A stretch of DNA of 38,975 bases from Betaproteobacteria bacterium (GCA_016791345.1 JAEUMW010000258.1:1-38975); one strand, 5' to 3'. Positions 8,476 through 22,185 are shown, counted from the stretch's first letter. A program made the numbers and translations. The notes: generated from the letters alone by a model not told the origin.

Positions 8476-9223
8476 GGTGCGCGGCCGCATCGCTCACGAT
8501 CCGTCGCACCACGTTCATGCCATCCACGCCGCCGGCGAGCGCGAGTTCCGGCTCGCGCCGATACTCGCACGGCAGCGCAAACATGGCGGCGTCCGTCACA
8601 TAGGGCGGGTTGGCGACGATGAGATCGAAGCGCCGCCCGGCCAGCGCCGCAAACACGTCCGATTCCACCAGCTCGACGCGATTGCTCAGGTCATGCTCCG
8701 CGACGTTGCGGCGAGCCACCGCCAGCGCACCGGTGGAGACGTCGGTTGCAACCACTACCGCTTCCGGAAAGTGGGATGCCAGCAGCACGGCGAGGCAGCC
8801 CGAGCCGGTGCAAAGATCGAGAACGCAGGAGACCGTCGCGGCGGGGGGCAGCCACGGTGCAAGACGCTCCCGCACCAGCTCCGCGATGAACGAGCGCGGC
8901 ACGATCACCCGGTCGTCGACGTAGAACCGAAAATCCCCGAGCCACGCCTCGTGCGTGAGATAGGCGGCGGGGCAGCGCTCGATCACGCGACGCTCCACGA
9001 GATCGAGCACGCGTCCCAGCTCGCTTCGCGTGAGTCGCGCGTCCAGAAAGGGGTCCAGGCGATCGAGCGGCAGGTGCAGCGCGTGCAGGACCAGGTAGGC
9101 GGCTTCGTCGAACGCGTTGTCGGTGCCATGACCGAAAGCGAGCTTCGCCTCCGTGAAGCGGCTCACCGCAAAGCGCAGAACATCGCGCAGGGTCGAGAGT
9201 TCGGTACGGGCCTGCAGGTACAT
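8324..9223 (-). CDS. prmB: 50S ribosomal protein L3 glutamine N5-methyltransferase
   Basis: SAM motif LDLCTGSGCLAV, catalytic NPPY (IVANPPYV), PrmB-type N-terminus MYLQARTELSTLRDVLRFAVSRF. ATG 9223. The track ORF to 9904 is over-extended. Confidence 0.9.
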   Translation of the reverse strand: MYLQARTELSTLRDVLRFAVSRFTEAKLAFGHGTDNAFDEAAYLVLHALHLPLDRLDPFLDARLTRSELGRVLDLVERRVIERCPAAYLTHEAWLGDFRFYVDDRVIVPRSFIAELVRERLAPWLPPAATVSCVLDLCTGSGCLAVLLASHFPEAVVVATDVSTGALAVARRNVAEHDLSNRVELVESDVFAALAGRRFDLIVANPPYVTDAAMFALPCEYRREPELALAGGVDGMNVVRRIVSDAAAHLTDEGLLVVEVGQNRGCVEAAFPHLPLIWPETSGGADRVFVATRADLPGA

Positions 9224-9237
9224 CGCTGCCGCCCTAT

Positions 9238-10398
<1,161 letters not shown>

Positions 10399-10454
10399 CT
10401 AAGTGTAGCGGAACGCGGAGTCCGGCACTTCCGACGCGAGGCGCCGGCCGCGAC

Positions 10455-11621
10455 TCACACGACGTCGAGATTGAACTGGAACTCGCTCAGGTCGGTGGCG
10501 GACGTGCGCCGATCCGCTGAAGGCTTCTCGGCCGACGGCTTCGGCTTTTCCTGCGCCGCCTGATCCTTGGCGTTGTTGATGAGCCAGGAAAGGTTCGTCG
10601 GCGAGTCGGAGTGGGCGAGCGCCTCCTCCATGCTCACCACGTTGTCGAGATGCAGTTTCAGCAGCGCCTGCTCGAAGGTCTGCGAGCCGGGCGACATGCT
10701 CTTCTCCATCGCTTCCTTGATCTGGTCGATCTCGCCGTTGCGCACGAGTTCGGCGATGTGCCGGGTGTTCAGCAGCACTTCGACCGCCGGAATCAGTTTG
10801 CCGTCGCGGCCCTTCACGAGCCGCTGCGAGATCACGCAGCGCAGGCTGATGGACAGGTCCATGAGCAGGCTCTCGCGCAAATCGCGGGGGAAGAAGCTGA
10901 TGATGCGGTTGAGCGCGTTGTAGCTGTTGTTCGCGTGCAGGGTGGCGAGGCAGAGGTGGCCGGTCTGAGCGAAGACGAGCGCGTTCTCGAGCGTCTTGCG
11001 GTCGCGGATCTCGCCGATCATCAGCACGTCCGGCGCTTCGCGCATGGCGTTGATGAGCGCGCTCTCGAACGACTTGGTGTCGATGCCCACCTCGCGCTGG
11101 TTCACGATGCTCTTCCTGTGCGTGAAGATGAACTCGACGGGGTCTTCGATGGTGAGGATGTGCCCGGTCTTGCTGCGGTTCCTGTGCTCGAGCATGGACG
11201 CGAGCGTGGTCGACTTGCCGGAGCCGGTGGCGCCCACCACGAGGATGAGCCCGCGCTTCTCCATGATGAGTTCCTTGAGCACCGGCGGCAGCCGCAGGTC
11301 GTCCACGTGCGGCACCTCGGCGCGCACATAGCGGATCACCATGCCCACCGATGCGCGCTGCCGGAAGACGTTCACGCGGAAATTCCCGACCTCCGGCATG
11401 CGGTACGAGAAGTTCATCTCGAGCGTCTCCTCGAACTCGCGGATCTGCTCTTCCGACATCATCTCGTAGGCGATGCGCTTGACTGCTGCGCCGTCGAGCA
11501 CCTGGGCGTTGAGCGGCATCGCGGTGCCGTTGATCTTGATCTGGATCGGCGCGCCCATGGTGAAGAACAGGTCGGAGGCCTGCTTCTCCTGCATGAGCTT
11601 GAAGAGGGGCGTGAGAAACAT
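10455..11621 (-). CDS. pilU: PilT/PilU-family type IVa pilus retraction ATPase, PilU-like
   Basis: Walker A GATGSGKSTT, Asp box/Walker B LMIGEIRD, His box ATLHAN. PilU-type C-terminal region NTRHIAELVRNGEIDQIKEAMEKS...QTFEQAL instead of the PilT AIRNLIRE motif. Confidence 0.85.
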   Translation of the reverse strand: MFLTPLFKLMQEKQASDLFFTMGAPIQIKINGTAMPLNAQVLDGAAVKRIAYEMMSEEQIREFEETLEMNFSYRMPEVGNFRVNVFRQRASVGMVIRYVRAEVPHVDDLRLPPVLKELIMEKRGLILVVGATGSGKSTTLASMLEHRNRSKTGHILTIEDPVEFIFTHRKSIVNQREVGIDTKSFESALINAMREAPDVLMIGEIRDRKTLENALVFAQTGHLCLATLHANNSYNALNRIISFFPRDLRESLLMDLSISLRCVISQRLVKGRDGKLIPAVEVLLNTRHIAELVRNGEIDQIKEAMEKSMSPGSQTFEQALLKLHLDNVVSMEEALAHSDSPTNLSWLINNAKDQAAQEKPKPSAEKPSADRRTSATDLSEFQFNLDVV

Positions 11622-11639
11622 CGTCTGTCAGGCGGCCGT

Positions 11640-11721
11640 TGCAAGCATTTTCAGGGACTTGCTGCTTGCATGGGCGGTGTTCGAGAGCTCGGGACCAGTC
11701 GGGGTCGAGGCTCTGCAAGCA
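11640..11721. repeat. Three copies of octamer TGCAAGCA (two direct, one inverted) in the pilU upstream / dapD downstream spacer
   Basis: TGCAAGCA at 11640-11647 and 11714-11721. The reverse complement TGCTTGCA is at 11663-11670. The first and inverted copies can form an 8-bp hairpin with a 15-nt loop. Confidence 0.9.
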
Positions 11722-11772
11722 CCATGCCACAGATTCCGGCGAGCGCGCCCGTGCCGGGCCGCACCGTGGGGC

Positions 11773-12594
11773 CTAGATGCCCCGCAAAAGCTCGTTGATC
11801 CCGGTCTTCGCGCGCGTCTTGGCGTCGACCTGCTTCACGACGACAGCGCAATAGAGGCTGTGCTTGCCGTCCGCCGCCGGCAGATTGCCGGGCACGACCA
11901 CCGCACCGGCGGGCACGCGGCCGTAGGTGACTTCACCAGTCTCGCGATGATAGATCTTGGTGCTCTGGCCGATGTACACCCCCATCGAGATCACGGCGCC
12001 TTCCTCGACGATCACGCCCTCGGCCACTTCGGCGCGAGCACCGATGAAGCAGTCGTCCTCGATGATCGTCGGTGTCGCCTGCAGCGGTTCGAGCACGCCG
12101 CCGATCCCGACACCGCCCGAGAGATGCACGTTCTTGCCGATCTGTGCACAGGAGCCGACGGTGGCCCAGGTATCCACCATGGTGCCTTCGTCCACATAGG
12201 CGCCGATGTTGACGAACGATGGCATGAGCACGACGTTCCGGGCGATGAAGGCGCCGCGGCGCGCGGTGGCGGGCGGCACGATGCGAAAGCCGCCGGCGCG
12301 AAAATCGCGCGAACTGTAGTCGGCGAACTTCGACGGCACCTTGTCGAAGCAGCTGGTGTGGCCGCTCTTCATCACGCTGTTGTCTTCGATGCGAAAGGAG
12401 AGCAGCACCGCCTTCTTCACCCACTCGTGCGTCACCCACTGTCCGTCGATCTTCTCGGCAACCCGCAGCCGGCCCTGGTCGAGCAGCCCGATCACCTGGT
12501 CGACCGCATCCTTCAGTTTCACCTCGACGGTGCGCGGGGTGATGTTGGCGCGCTGCTCGAATGCTTCTTCAATGACGGCCTGAAGCTCTTTCAT
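11773..12594 (-). CDS. dapD: 2,3,4,5-tetrahydropyridine-2,6-dicarboxylate N-succinyltransferase
   Basis: [13 protein letters not shown]... N-terminus and hexapeptide-repeat core ([40 protein letters not shown]). ATG 12594 is preceded by GAAAGG. The track ORF to 13038 is over-extended. Confidence 0.95.
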   Translation of the reverse strand: MKELQAVIEEAFEQRANITPRTVEVKLKDAVDQVIGLLDQGRLRVAEKIDGQWVTHEWVKKAVLLSFRIEDNSVMKSGHTSCFDKVPSKFADYSSRDFRAGGFRIVPPATARRGAFIARNVVLMPSFVNIGAYVDEGTMVDTWATVGSCAQIGKNVHLSGGVGIGGVLEPLQATPTIIEDDCFIGARAEVAEGVIVEEGAVISMGVYIGQSTKIYHRETGEVTYGRVPAGAVVVPGNLPAADGKHSLYCAVVVKQVDAKTRAKTGINELLRGI

Positions 12595-12658
12595 CGTTGA
12601 CCTTTCAGTGGGGTGAGAGACGCGGACGACGGGTATCGCGCGACTCAGGGCGGAGCCG

Positions 12659-12688
12659 ATTATAGGTGCAGCCTCGGGCCGACACCAA
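12659..12688 (-). promoter_or_regulatory. Candidate sigma70 promoter for dapD (TTGGTG-N18-TATAAT on the minus strand)
   Basis: rc of 12659-12664 is a perfect TATAAT. rc of 12683-12688 is TTGGTG, with an 18-nt spacer. It would give a leader of about 55-60 nt before ATG 12594. Confidence 0.35.
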
Positions 12689-12713
12689 CCTCGCGCTGCC
12701 GCACAAGTGGGGC

Positions 12714-13136
12714 TCAGCGATTGCCGGTGGGCGATGCCGACGGGAAGGCACCGAGCGCAACCGGCGGGGCAGGGCGCCAGCCACGTTTCCGGTGCTCCGC
12801 GACGACGTGCGTGAAGATGCCGCCGCGCACGTTGAAGCGCGCGGTCAGGCGCATGAAACGGGGTTTGGTCGCCGCCACGAGATCGTCGAGGATGCGATTC
12901 GTCACCGCCTCGTGAAACGCACCCTCGTTGCGGTAGGACCAGATGTAGAGCTTGAGGCTCTTCAGTTCCACGCACTTGCGATCCGGCACGTAATCCAGAT
13001 AGAGCGTCGCGAAATCGGGCTGACCGGTTTTCGGACACAGGCAGGTGAACTCCGGAATCTCCATGTGGATGGCGAAGTCGCGAGCGGGCGCCGGGTTCGC
13101 GAAAGTCTCCAGGGTGCGGGCGGGTTGTCGCAACAT
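12714..13136 (-). CDS. queF: NADPH-dependent 7-cyano-7-deazaguanine (preQ0) reductase, unimodular YkvM type
   Basis: Catalytic Cys context [15 protein letters not shown] and QueF motif [15 protein letters not shown]. 140 aa, single T-fold domain. Confidence 0.9.
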   Translation of the reverse strand: MLRQPARTLETFANPAPARDFAIHMEIPEFTCLCPKTGQPDFATLYLDYVPDRKCVELKSLKLYIWSYRNEGAFHEAVTNRILDDLVAATKPRFMRLTARFNVRGGIFTHVVAEHRKRGWRPAPPVALGAFPSASPTGNR

Positions 13137-13172
13137 TCTCTCGCTTCGATGACTTGAGTTAGAATCCGGGCA

Positions 13173-13231
13173 CGAAAACCTCTGCGTGTGTGCTCATCGC
13201 GCGGTGAGCGCCGCATGCCGCAGAGGTTTCG
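13173..13231. repeat. Long imperfect palindrome (11 contiguous bp plus 2 bp after a 1-nt bulge; 32-nt interior with its own 5-bp stem) in the divergent queF/smc intergenic region
   Basis: AAACCTCTGCG (13176-13186) pairs with CGCAGAGGTTT (13219-13229). CG 13173-74 pairs with CG 13230-31 across the A13175 bulge. Inner stem is GCTCA/TGAGC. The structure is flanked by an A-run and a T-run. Confidence 0.9.
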
Positions 13232-13259
13232 CATTATATCGAACGGAAAGTCGCCGCCC

Positions 13260-16200
13260 TTGCGCCTCACCCACCTCAAGCTAGCGGGCTTCAAGTCGTT
13301 CGTGGACCCCACCCACGTGCCGCTGCCGGGTCAGATCGTCGGCGTAGTGGGTCCAAATGGCTGCGGCAAGTCGAACGTCATCGACGCGGTGCGCTGGGTG
13401 CTGGGGGAGTCCTCGGCGCGGCATCTGCGCGGCGAGACGATGCAGGACGTCATCTTCAGCGGCGCCGGCGAGCGCAAACCGGCGGGGCGCGCGAGCGTCG
13501 AGATGCACTTCGACAACAGCCTCGGCAAGGCGGGCGGCGCCTGGTCGCAGTACGGCGAGATCGTCGTCAAGCGCGTCCTCCAGCGCGATGGCGACTCGTC
13601 GTACTACATCAACAACCTGCACGTGCGTCGACGCGATGTCGCCGACATCTTCCTCGGCACCGGTCTGGGTGGCCGTGCGTACGCCATCATCGAGCAAGGA
13701 ACGATCTCGCGCATCGTCGAGGCCAAGCCGGAGGAGATCCGCATCTTCCTCGAGGAGGCTGCGGGCGTTTCGAAGTATCGCGAGCGCCGCCGCGAAACCG
13801 AGCTGCGACTCGCCGACACGCGGACCAATCTGAACCGGGTGGAAGACATCCTCCGCGAGCTCGCCGCACAGCTCGAACACCTGGCCGCACAGGCCGAGAC
13901 TGCTCAGCGCTACCAAGAGTTGCAGGCCGATCTCGCACGCACCCGGCAGCTCTTGTGGTACGTCAGGAAACAGGAGATCGGCAACCAGCGCGCGCGTCTG
14001 CAACGCGAGCTTGAGCGCGTCTCGGTCGAGCTGGAGGCGGAAACGGCGCGGCTGCGCGCGGCGGAAAGACGGGCCGAGCAGCTGCGCACCGAGCACTACG
14101 CCGCGGGCGATGCGCTGCACGCCGCGCAAGGCGAGCTGTATGAAACCAACGCGGAGGTTGCCCGCGTCGAACAGGAACTCGCCTTCGTGCGCGACAACTG
14201 CCAGCGGACGGACCAGCGCATCGCGTCGGTGCGGCTGCGCATCGGGCAGGGCGGCCGGCAGCAGGAGGCGATCGGCGACGCGCAGCGTGAGGCCGCGGAA
14301 AAGCTGGCTGCGGCCGGCAGCGCCGTCGCCGCTGCCCGCGAGCACGCGGAACACGTCAGGATTGAACTACCCGCAGCGGAATCCGCATTCCGCACCGGGC
14401 AGACTGCGGTGGAAGAATCGGCGCGGGCCGTGGCGGCCGCAGAACAGACCTGGCGGGTCGAGGACACGCGCCGCGAGCACGCCGCGAAGCTGCTCGCACA
14501 GCACGGAGAGCGGCGGGCGCGACTGCTGGAGGAACGCGGTCGCCTCGCGCATCCGCAGGCGGAAGTGATCGCCGAGCTGGAGTCGCGCATCGCTCGCCTC
14601 GACGAGACGCTGGAGCAGGCGCGCGTGGCGGCCGCGGCGGAGGAGGCTTCGCTGCCGGAGCGCGAGCAGGCGGCGCGTGAAGCCGCGGGCAGGCTCGATG
14701 AGGCGACGCAGGAGCGCGCACGGATCGCGGCGCGCCTGCAGGCACTGGAGCAGCTGCAGGCGCGCGTCGGCAACGGTCAGCAGCTCGGGCCGTGGCGCGC
14801 ACGTCATGGCATCGACAGCCTGCCGCGCCTGTGGCAGGGCATCGACATCGAGGACGGCTGGGAAGATGCGCTGGAGTCCGTCCTGCGCGAGCGGCTGGAC
14901 GCGGTGGAGATCGACGAGGTGAACCATGCGGCCGGCTGGCTCGCCGATCCGCCGCCCGGCAAGATCGCGCTCTTCGGTGCCCGGACATCGGCGGTGGCAG
15001 ATTTCACGACACCCGACCGCGGTCTGCCGCGCCTGCTCGATTACGTGCGCTGCAAGAGCGAGGCGTGTCGCCCCCTGCTGGAGGAGTGGCTCGCCCGCGT
15101 GTACGTCGTCGACGACGCAGCGGCTGCCTTCGCGGCGCGCGAGTGCCTCGAACCGGGCGAGCTCATCGTCGCCCGCAGCGGCCATCTCTTCACGCGTCAC
15201 GGCGTCGTTTTCCACGCCCCCGAGTCCGAGTTGCACGGCGTGCTCGGGCGGCAGCGGGAGATCGAGCAGCTGCGCGGTGCGGCAGCGCAGGCAGGTGAGG
15301 TGCTGGCCGCGCGGAAAAGTGGCCGCGAGCAGGCGGATGACGCACTGCGCCTCGCGCGTGAGGCGCTGCAGGCCGCCCGCAAGCGCCTCGAGACGGCACG
15401 ACAGGAACGCCACGGGCTGCAATTGGAGCACCTCAAGCTCGCCGAGCAGGCGGACCGGGTGCGCAGCCGCGATGCGCAGATCGGGCGCGAGCTCGAAGAA
15501 CTGGATCAGCAGATTGCCACCGAGCAAAGCGAAGGCGAAGCCGCCGCTGCCAACGTGGCGCGCTTTTCTGAGGTGCTGGGTGTCGCGCGGTCCCAGCTCA
15601 CCGATGCGCGGGCGCGGTTCACGCACGCCGACGCGGCGCTGGCGGCGCAGCGTGGCGCGGTTCAGGCCGCGGAGCGCCAGCTGCAGGAGAGCGAATACCA
15701 GCACAAGACCTGCGCGGCCCGACTCGACGAGCTCGCCGCACAGCAGCGTCTGCTCGAGGAGCAGGTGGCGCGCGAGACCGCGAGCCTCGCCGAACTGGAG
15801 GCCGAACGGTCGACCTTCGACGAGGCGCCGCTCGCGGAGAAGCTGCAGCAGGTGCTCGGTGTTCGCGCCTTGCGCGAGCAGCGGGTGGGCGAGGCGCGCC
15901 AGGCGGTGGAAACCGTCGAAGGGGATCTCAAGAGCGCGGAGGAAGAGCGGCTCGCCTCCGAACAGAAGCTCGACCCGCTGCGCGAGCGCATCAACGACGT
16001 GCGCCTGAAGGAACAGGAGGCACGCCTCAACGAGGAGAGTCTCCAGCAGCAGCTCACGGAGGCGGGTGCCGACCAGACCGAGCTCGCGGGACTGGTGGAG
16101 AAGGGCGTGCGCTCGGGTGCGCTGGCGAGCGAGATCACCCGGCTCGACGAGGAGATTGCAGCGCTCGGTGCGGTGAATCTGGCAGCGGTCGAAGAACTCG

Positions 16201-16787
16201 ATGCGGCCACCCAGCGCAAGCAGTATCTCGAAACCCAGTCGGCCGACCTGACCGAGGCGATGGCCACCCTGGAGGCGGCGATCCGGCACATCGACCGCGA
16301 AAGCCGGGAACGGCTGATGGCCACGTTCGAGCAGGTGAACCTGCATCTGGCGGAGATGTTCCCTGCCCTCTTCGGCGGCGGTCAGGCCAGGCTCGTGCTG
16401 ACTGGCGAGGAGATCCTCGACAGCGGCGTGCAGCTGATCGCCCAGCCGCCGGGCAAGCGCAACACCTCGATCCATCTCCTGTCCGGCGGCGAGAAGGCGC
16501 TCTCGGCGCTCGCGCTGGTGTTCTCGCTGTTCCTGCTCAACCCGGCGCCGTTCTGCCTGCTTGACGAGGTCGACGCGCCGCTCGACGACACCAACACGGA
16601 GCGCTTTTGCGGTCTCCTGAAGAAGATGGCAAGCCATACGCAATTCATCGTGATCAGTCACAACAAGATCACCATGGAGGTCGCCGAGCAGCTCGTCGGT
16701 GTGACGATGCAGGAGCTCGGCGTATCGAGAGTGGTGGCGGTGGACGTGGAAGAAGCCCTGAGGATGCAGGAGGAGGCGACGGCCTGA
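13260..16787 (+). CDS. smc: Chromosome partition protein Smc
   Basis: N-terminal (M)RLTHLKLAGFKSFVDPT...GPNGCGKSN Walker A, long coiled coils, hinge region, C-terminal LSGGEKALSALALVF signature and LLDEVDAPLD Walker B. I prefer TTG 13260, with GGAAAG 10 nt upstream. ATG 13215 and GTG 13188 are alternatives. Confidence 0.92.
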   Translation: MRLTHLKLAGFKSFVDPTHVPLPGQIVGVVGPNGCGKSNVIDAVRWVLGESSARHLRGETMQDVIFSGAGERKPAGRASVEMHFDNSLGKAGGAWSQYGEIVVKRVLQRDGDSSYYINNLHVRRRDVADIFLGTGLGGRAYAIIEQGTISRIVEAKPEEIRIFLEEAAGVSKYRERRRETELRLADTRTNLNRVEDILRELAAQLEHLAAQAETAQRYQELQADLARTRQLLWYVRKQEIGNQRARLQRELERVSVELEAETARLRAAERRAEQLRTEHYAAGDALHAAQGELYETNAEVARVEQELAFVRDNCQRTDQRIASVRLRIGQGGRQQEAIGDAQREAAEKLAAAGSAVAAAREHAEHVRIELPAAESAFRTGQTAVEESARAVAAAEQTWRVEDTRREHAAKLLAQHGERRARLLEERGRLAHPQAEVIAELESRIARLDETLEQARVAAAAEEASLPEREQAAREAAGRLDEATQERARIAARLQALEQLQARVGNGQQLGPWRARHGIDSLPRLWQGIDIEDGWEDALESVLRERLDAVEIDEVNHAAGWLADPPPGKIALFGARTSAVADFTTPDRGLPRLLDYVRCKSEACRPLLEEWLARVYVVDDAAAAFAARECLEPGELIVARSGHLFTRHGVVFHAPESELHGVLGRQREIEQLRGAAAQAGEVLAARKSGREQADDALRLAREALQAARKRLETARQERHGLQLEHLKLAEQADRVRSRDAQIGRELEELDQQIATEQSEGEAAAANVARFSEVLGVARSQLTDARARFTHADAALAAQRGAVQAAERQLQESEYQHKTCAARLDELAAQQRLLEEQVARETASLAELEAERSTFDEAPLAEKLQQVLGVRALREQRVGEARQAVETVEGDLKSAEEERLASEQKLDPLRERINDVRLKEQEARLNEESLQQQLTEAGADQTELAGLVEKGVRSGALASEITRLDEEIAALGAVNLAAVEELDAATQRKQYLETQSADLTEAMATLEAAIRHIDRESRERLMATFEQVNLHLAEMFPALFGGGQARLVLTGEEILDSGVQLIAQPPGKRNTSIHLLSGGEKALSALALVFSLFLLNPAPFCLLDEVDAPLDDTNTERFCGLLKKMASHTQFIVISHNKITMEVAEQLVGVTMQELGVSRVVAVDVEEALRMQEEATA

Positions 16788-16794
16788 ACCCCGA

Positions 16795-19937
<3,143 letters not shown>

Positions 19938-19950
19938 AGGGGAAATGCAC

Positions 19951-20829
19951 ATGAAGCTCGTATCAAAGGCAGTCTTTCCGGTCGCGGGCATGGGCTCGCG
20001 CTTTCTGCCGGCCACCAAGGCAAGCCCCAAGGAGATGCTGCCGATCGTCGACAAGCCTCTGATCCAGCACGCGGTGGAAGAGGCCATGTCGGCGGGAATC
20101 ACGGAGATGATCTTCATCACCGGTCGTGGCAAGCGCGCGATCGAGGATCACTTCGACAAGGCCTACGAGATGGAGGCGGAACTCGAAGCCCGCGGCAAGA
20201 CGGCCCTGCTGGAGCTCGTGCGCGGCATCATTCCGAAGCACGTCAACTGCGTCTACATCCGGCAGGCCGACACGCTCGGCCTCGGCCACGCCGTGCTGTG
20301 CGCGGCCAACGTGATCGGCAACAACCCGTTTGCCGTGATCCTGGCGGACGACCTGATCGACGCCAAGCCCACCGCGATCCAGCAGATGGTCGAGATCTTC
20401 GAATATCGCCATTGCTCGATCGTCGGGGTGCAGACCGTGCCGCGCGAGGAAACCTCGAGCTACGGCATCGTCCGCAGCACCCCGATCGGCGAGGGCCTGC
20501 ACGAGATCGAGGGGATCGTCGAGAAACCCAAGCCTGAGCTAGCGCCGAGCAACCTCGCCGTGGTCGGACGCTACGTGCTCACCCCGCAGATCTTCCATCA
20601 CCTGCGCACCATCACCCCGGGCGCCGGCGGCGAGATCCAGCTCACCGACGCCATCGCGGCGCTGCTCAATGAAGAACCGATTCTCGCGTACGCATTCAAG
20701 GGAACGCGTTACGATTGCGGCTCGAAGCTCGGGTATCTGCAGGCGACGATCCAGTATGGCCTGCACCACCCGGAGGTGAAGGAGGGCCTGCGCGAGTACC
20801 TCAAGTCGGTGTCCTCACGGCTCGACTGA
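19951..20829 (+). CDS. galU: UTP--glucose-1-phosphate uridylyltransferase
   Basis: [34 protein letters not shown] is the GalU signature. ATG 19951 has better spacing from AAGGGG than ATG 19945. Confidence 0.94.
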   Translation: MKLVSKAVFPVAGMGSRFLPATKASPKEMLPIVDKPLIQHAVEEAMSAGITEMIFITGRGKRAIEDHFDKAYEMEAELEARGKTALLELVRGIIPKHVNCVYIRQADTLGLGHAVLCAANVIGNNPFAVILADDLIDAKPTAIQQMVEIFEYRHCSIVGVQTVPREETSSYGIVRSTPIGEGLHEIEGIVEKPKPELAPSNLAVVGRYVLTPQIFHHLRTITPGAGGEIQLTDAIAALLNEEPILAYAFKGTRYDCGSKLGYLQATIQYGLHHPEVKEGLREYLKSVSSRLD

Positions 20830-20861
20830 ACAACGACAGGAGACTTCAAACGGCAAACGCG

Positions 20862-21428
20862 ATGCCTGCACCCGTGGACGCGACCGCTGTGGCGGACGCC
20901 TGGAAGATTCTCGAAACGGCAGATGAGATCTGCTCGGCGTCCGCCGTTACCGACGCGGTCCAGCGTGTGGCCGAGGAGATCACCGAGCGGCTTGCCGCGA
21001 GCCGCCCGCTGGTGCTTTCGGTGATGGGTGGCGCGGTGGTGTTCACGGGGCATCTGCTGCCGCGTTTGCACTTTCCGCTCGACTTCGACTACATCCATGT
21101 CACCCGCTATGGGCGTGGCACGCGCGGCGGGGAGATCAGCTGGCAGGTGGGGCCGAAGGAAAGCGTGGCAGGCCGCGTGGTGCTGGTGGTGGACGATATT
21201 CTCGACGAAGGCGAGACGCTCGCCGCGGTGCGCAGCCGCCTGCTCGAAGGCGGCGCCCGGGCTTTCTACGCGGCGGTTTTCGCGGACAAGGACATCGGCC
21301 GGCCGAAGCCGATCCGCGCGGACTTCGTCGGCGTGCGCGTGCCCGATCGCTACGTCTTCGGCTTCGGCATGGATGTGCACGGCGTCTGGCGCAACCTCCC
21401 GGCCATCTACGCGCTTCCCGCTGCCTGA
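20862..21428 (+). CDS. hpt: Hypoxanthine-guanine phosphoribosyltransferase-like (type I PRTase)
   Basis: PRPP-binding loop VVLVVDDILDEGETL and C-terminal DRYVFGFGMD motif. The track ORF from 20715 overlaps galU and is over-extended. Confidence 0.82.
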   Translation: MPAPVDATAVADAWKILETADEICSASAVTDAVQRVAEEITERLAASRPLVLSVMGGAVVFTGHLLPRLHFPLDFDYIHVTRYGRGTRGGEISWQVGPKESVAGRVVLVVDDILDEGETLAAVRSRLLEGGARAFYAAVFADKDIGRPKPIRADFVGVRVPDRYVFGFGMDVHGVWRNLPAIYALPAA

Positions 21429-21438
21429 AGGCACGACC

Positions 21439-22185
21439 ATGCTCGCGATCATCGGCGGCTCCGGCGTGGCACACCTCGCCAACCTGGAAGAGACCGGCCG
21501 CCGCGTGATCCGCACGCCTTACGGCGACCCCTCGGGCGCGCTCACCTTCGGTCGCATCAGCGGTCGCGAAGTGGTTTTCCTGGCGCGCCACGGCTACGGA
21601 CACACCATCCCGCCGCATCTCGTCAACTATCGCGCCAACATCTGGGCGCTGCACTCGCTGCCGGTGCGCAGCGTGGTCGCCATCGCATCGGTGGGAGGAA
21701 TCCGCGCCGACCTGAAACCGGGCAGTCTGGTGCTCCCGGATCAGATCGTCGACTACACCCACAGCCGCAAGAGCACGTTCTTCGAGACCTCGGAGCAGCC
21801 GGTCACGCACATCGATTTCACGTTTCCCTACACGCGCTCGCTGCAGGAGCGCTGCCTGCGCGCGGCCGAACTCGCCTCCGTGCCGCTCACGCTGGGTGGG
21901 GTTTACGGCGCCACGCAGGGTCCGCGGCTGGAGACGGCGGCGGAGATCGACCGTCTCGAACGCGACGGCGTCGACATGGTCGGCATGACGGGCATGCCGG
22001 AAGCGGCGCTGGCGCGCGAGATCGGGCTGCCCTACGCGGCGATCGGCGTGGTTGCGAATTACGCGGCAGGACGCGGGGACAGCCGCGACGGCATTCGGCT
22101 GGAAGAGCTTCAGGGCACGCTGCAAGCTGCCGTGGGAAAGGTCAAGCGCATCCTCGACCATCTGGTGGACGTCGATGGCGATTAG
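21439..22185 (+). CDS. mtnP: S-methyl-5'-thioadenosine / S-methyl-5'-thioinosine phosphorylase (MTAP/MTIP family; substrate not distinguishable by eye)
   Basis: MLAIIGGSG...[21 protein letters not shown]...VGMTGMPEA is typical of the MTAP-type PNP family. The track ORF from 21028 is over-extended. Confidence 0.88.
   Translation: MLAIIGGSGVAHLANLEETGRRVIRTPYGDPSGALTFGRISGREVVFLARHGYGHTIPPHLVNYRANIWALHSLPVRSVVAIASVGGIRADLKPGSLVLPDQIVDYTHSRKSTFFETSEQPVTHIDFTFPYTRSLQERCLRAAELASVPLTLGGVYGATQGPRLETAAEIDRLERDGVDMVGMTGMPEAALAREIGLPYAAIGVVANYAAGRGDSRDGIRLEELQGTLQAAVGKVKRILDHLVDVDGD

Noticed and set aside
11640-11670. Sigma54 promoter for the pilU-like gene (minus strand GAAAATGCTTGCAA contains TTGCA)
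   Set aside because: There is no GG dinucleotide at the required 10-nt distance upstream of the GC.
12595-12713. Lysine riboswitch (L-box) upstream of dapD
   Set aside because: The spacer is only ~119 nt, with ~58 nt after the candidate -10. That is too short for an L-box aptamer of ~180 nt, and no conserved L-box segments are visible.
13137-13238. preQ1 riboswitch upstream of queF
   Set aside because: The hairpin does not resemble the small preQ1-I aptamer (short stem followed by an A-rich tail) or any preQ1-II/III features I remember. I therefore treat it only as an unexplained palindrome.
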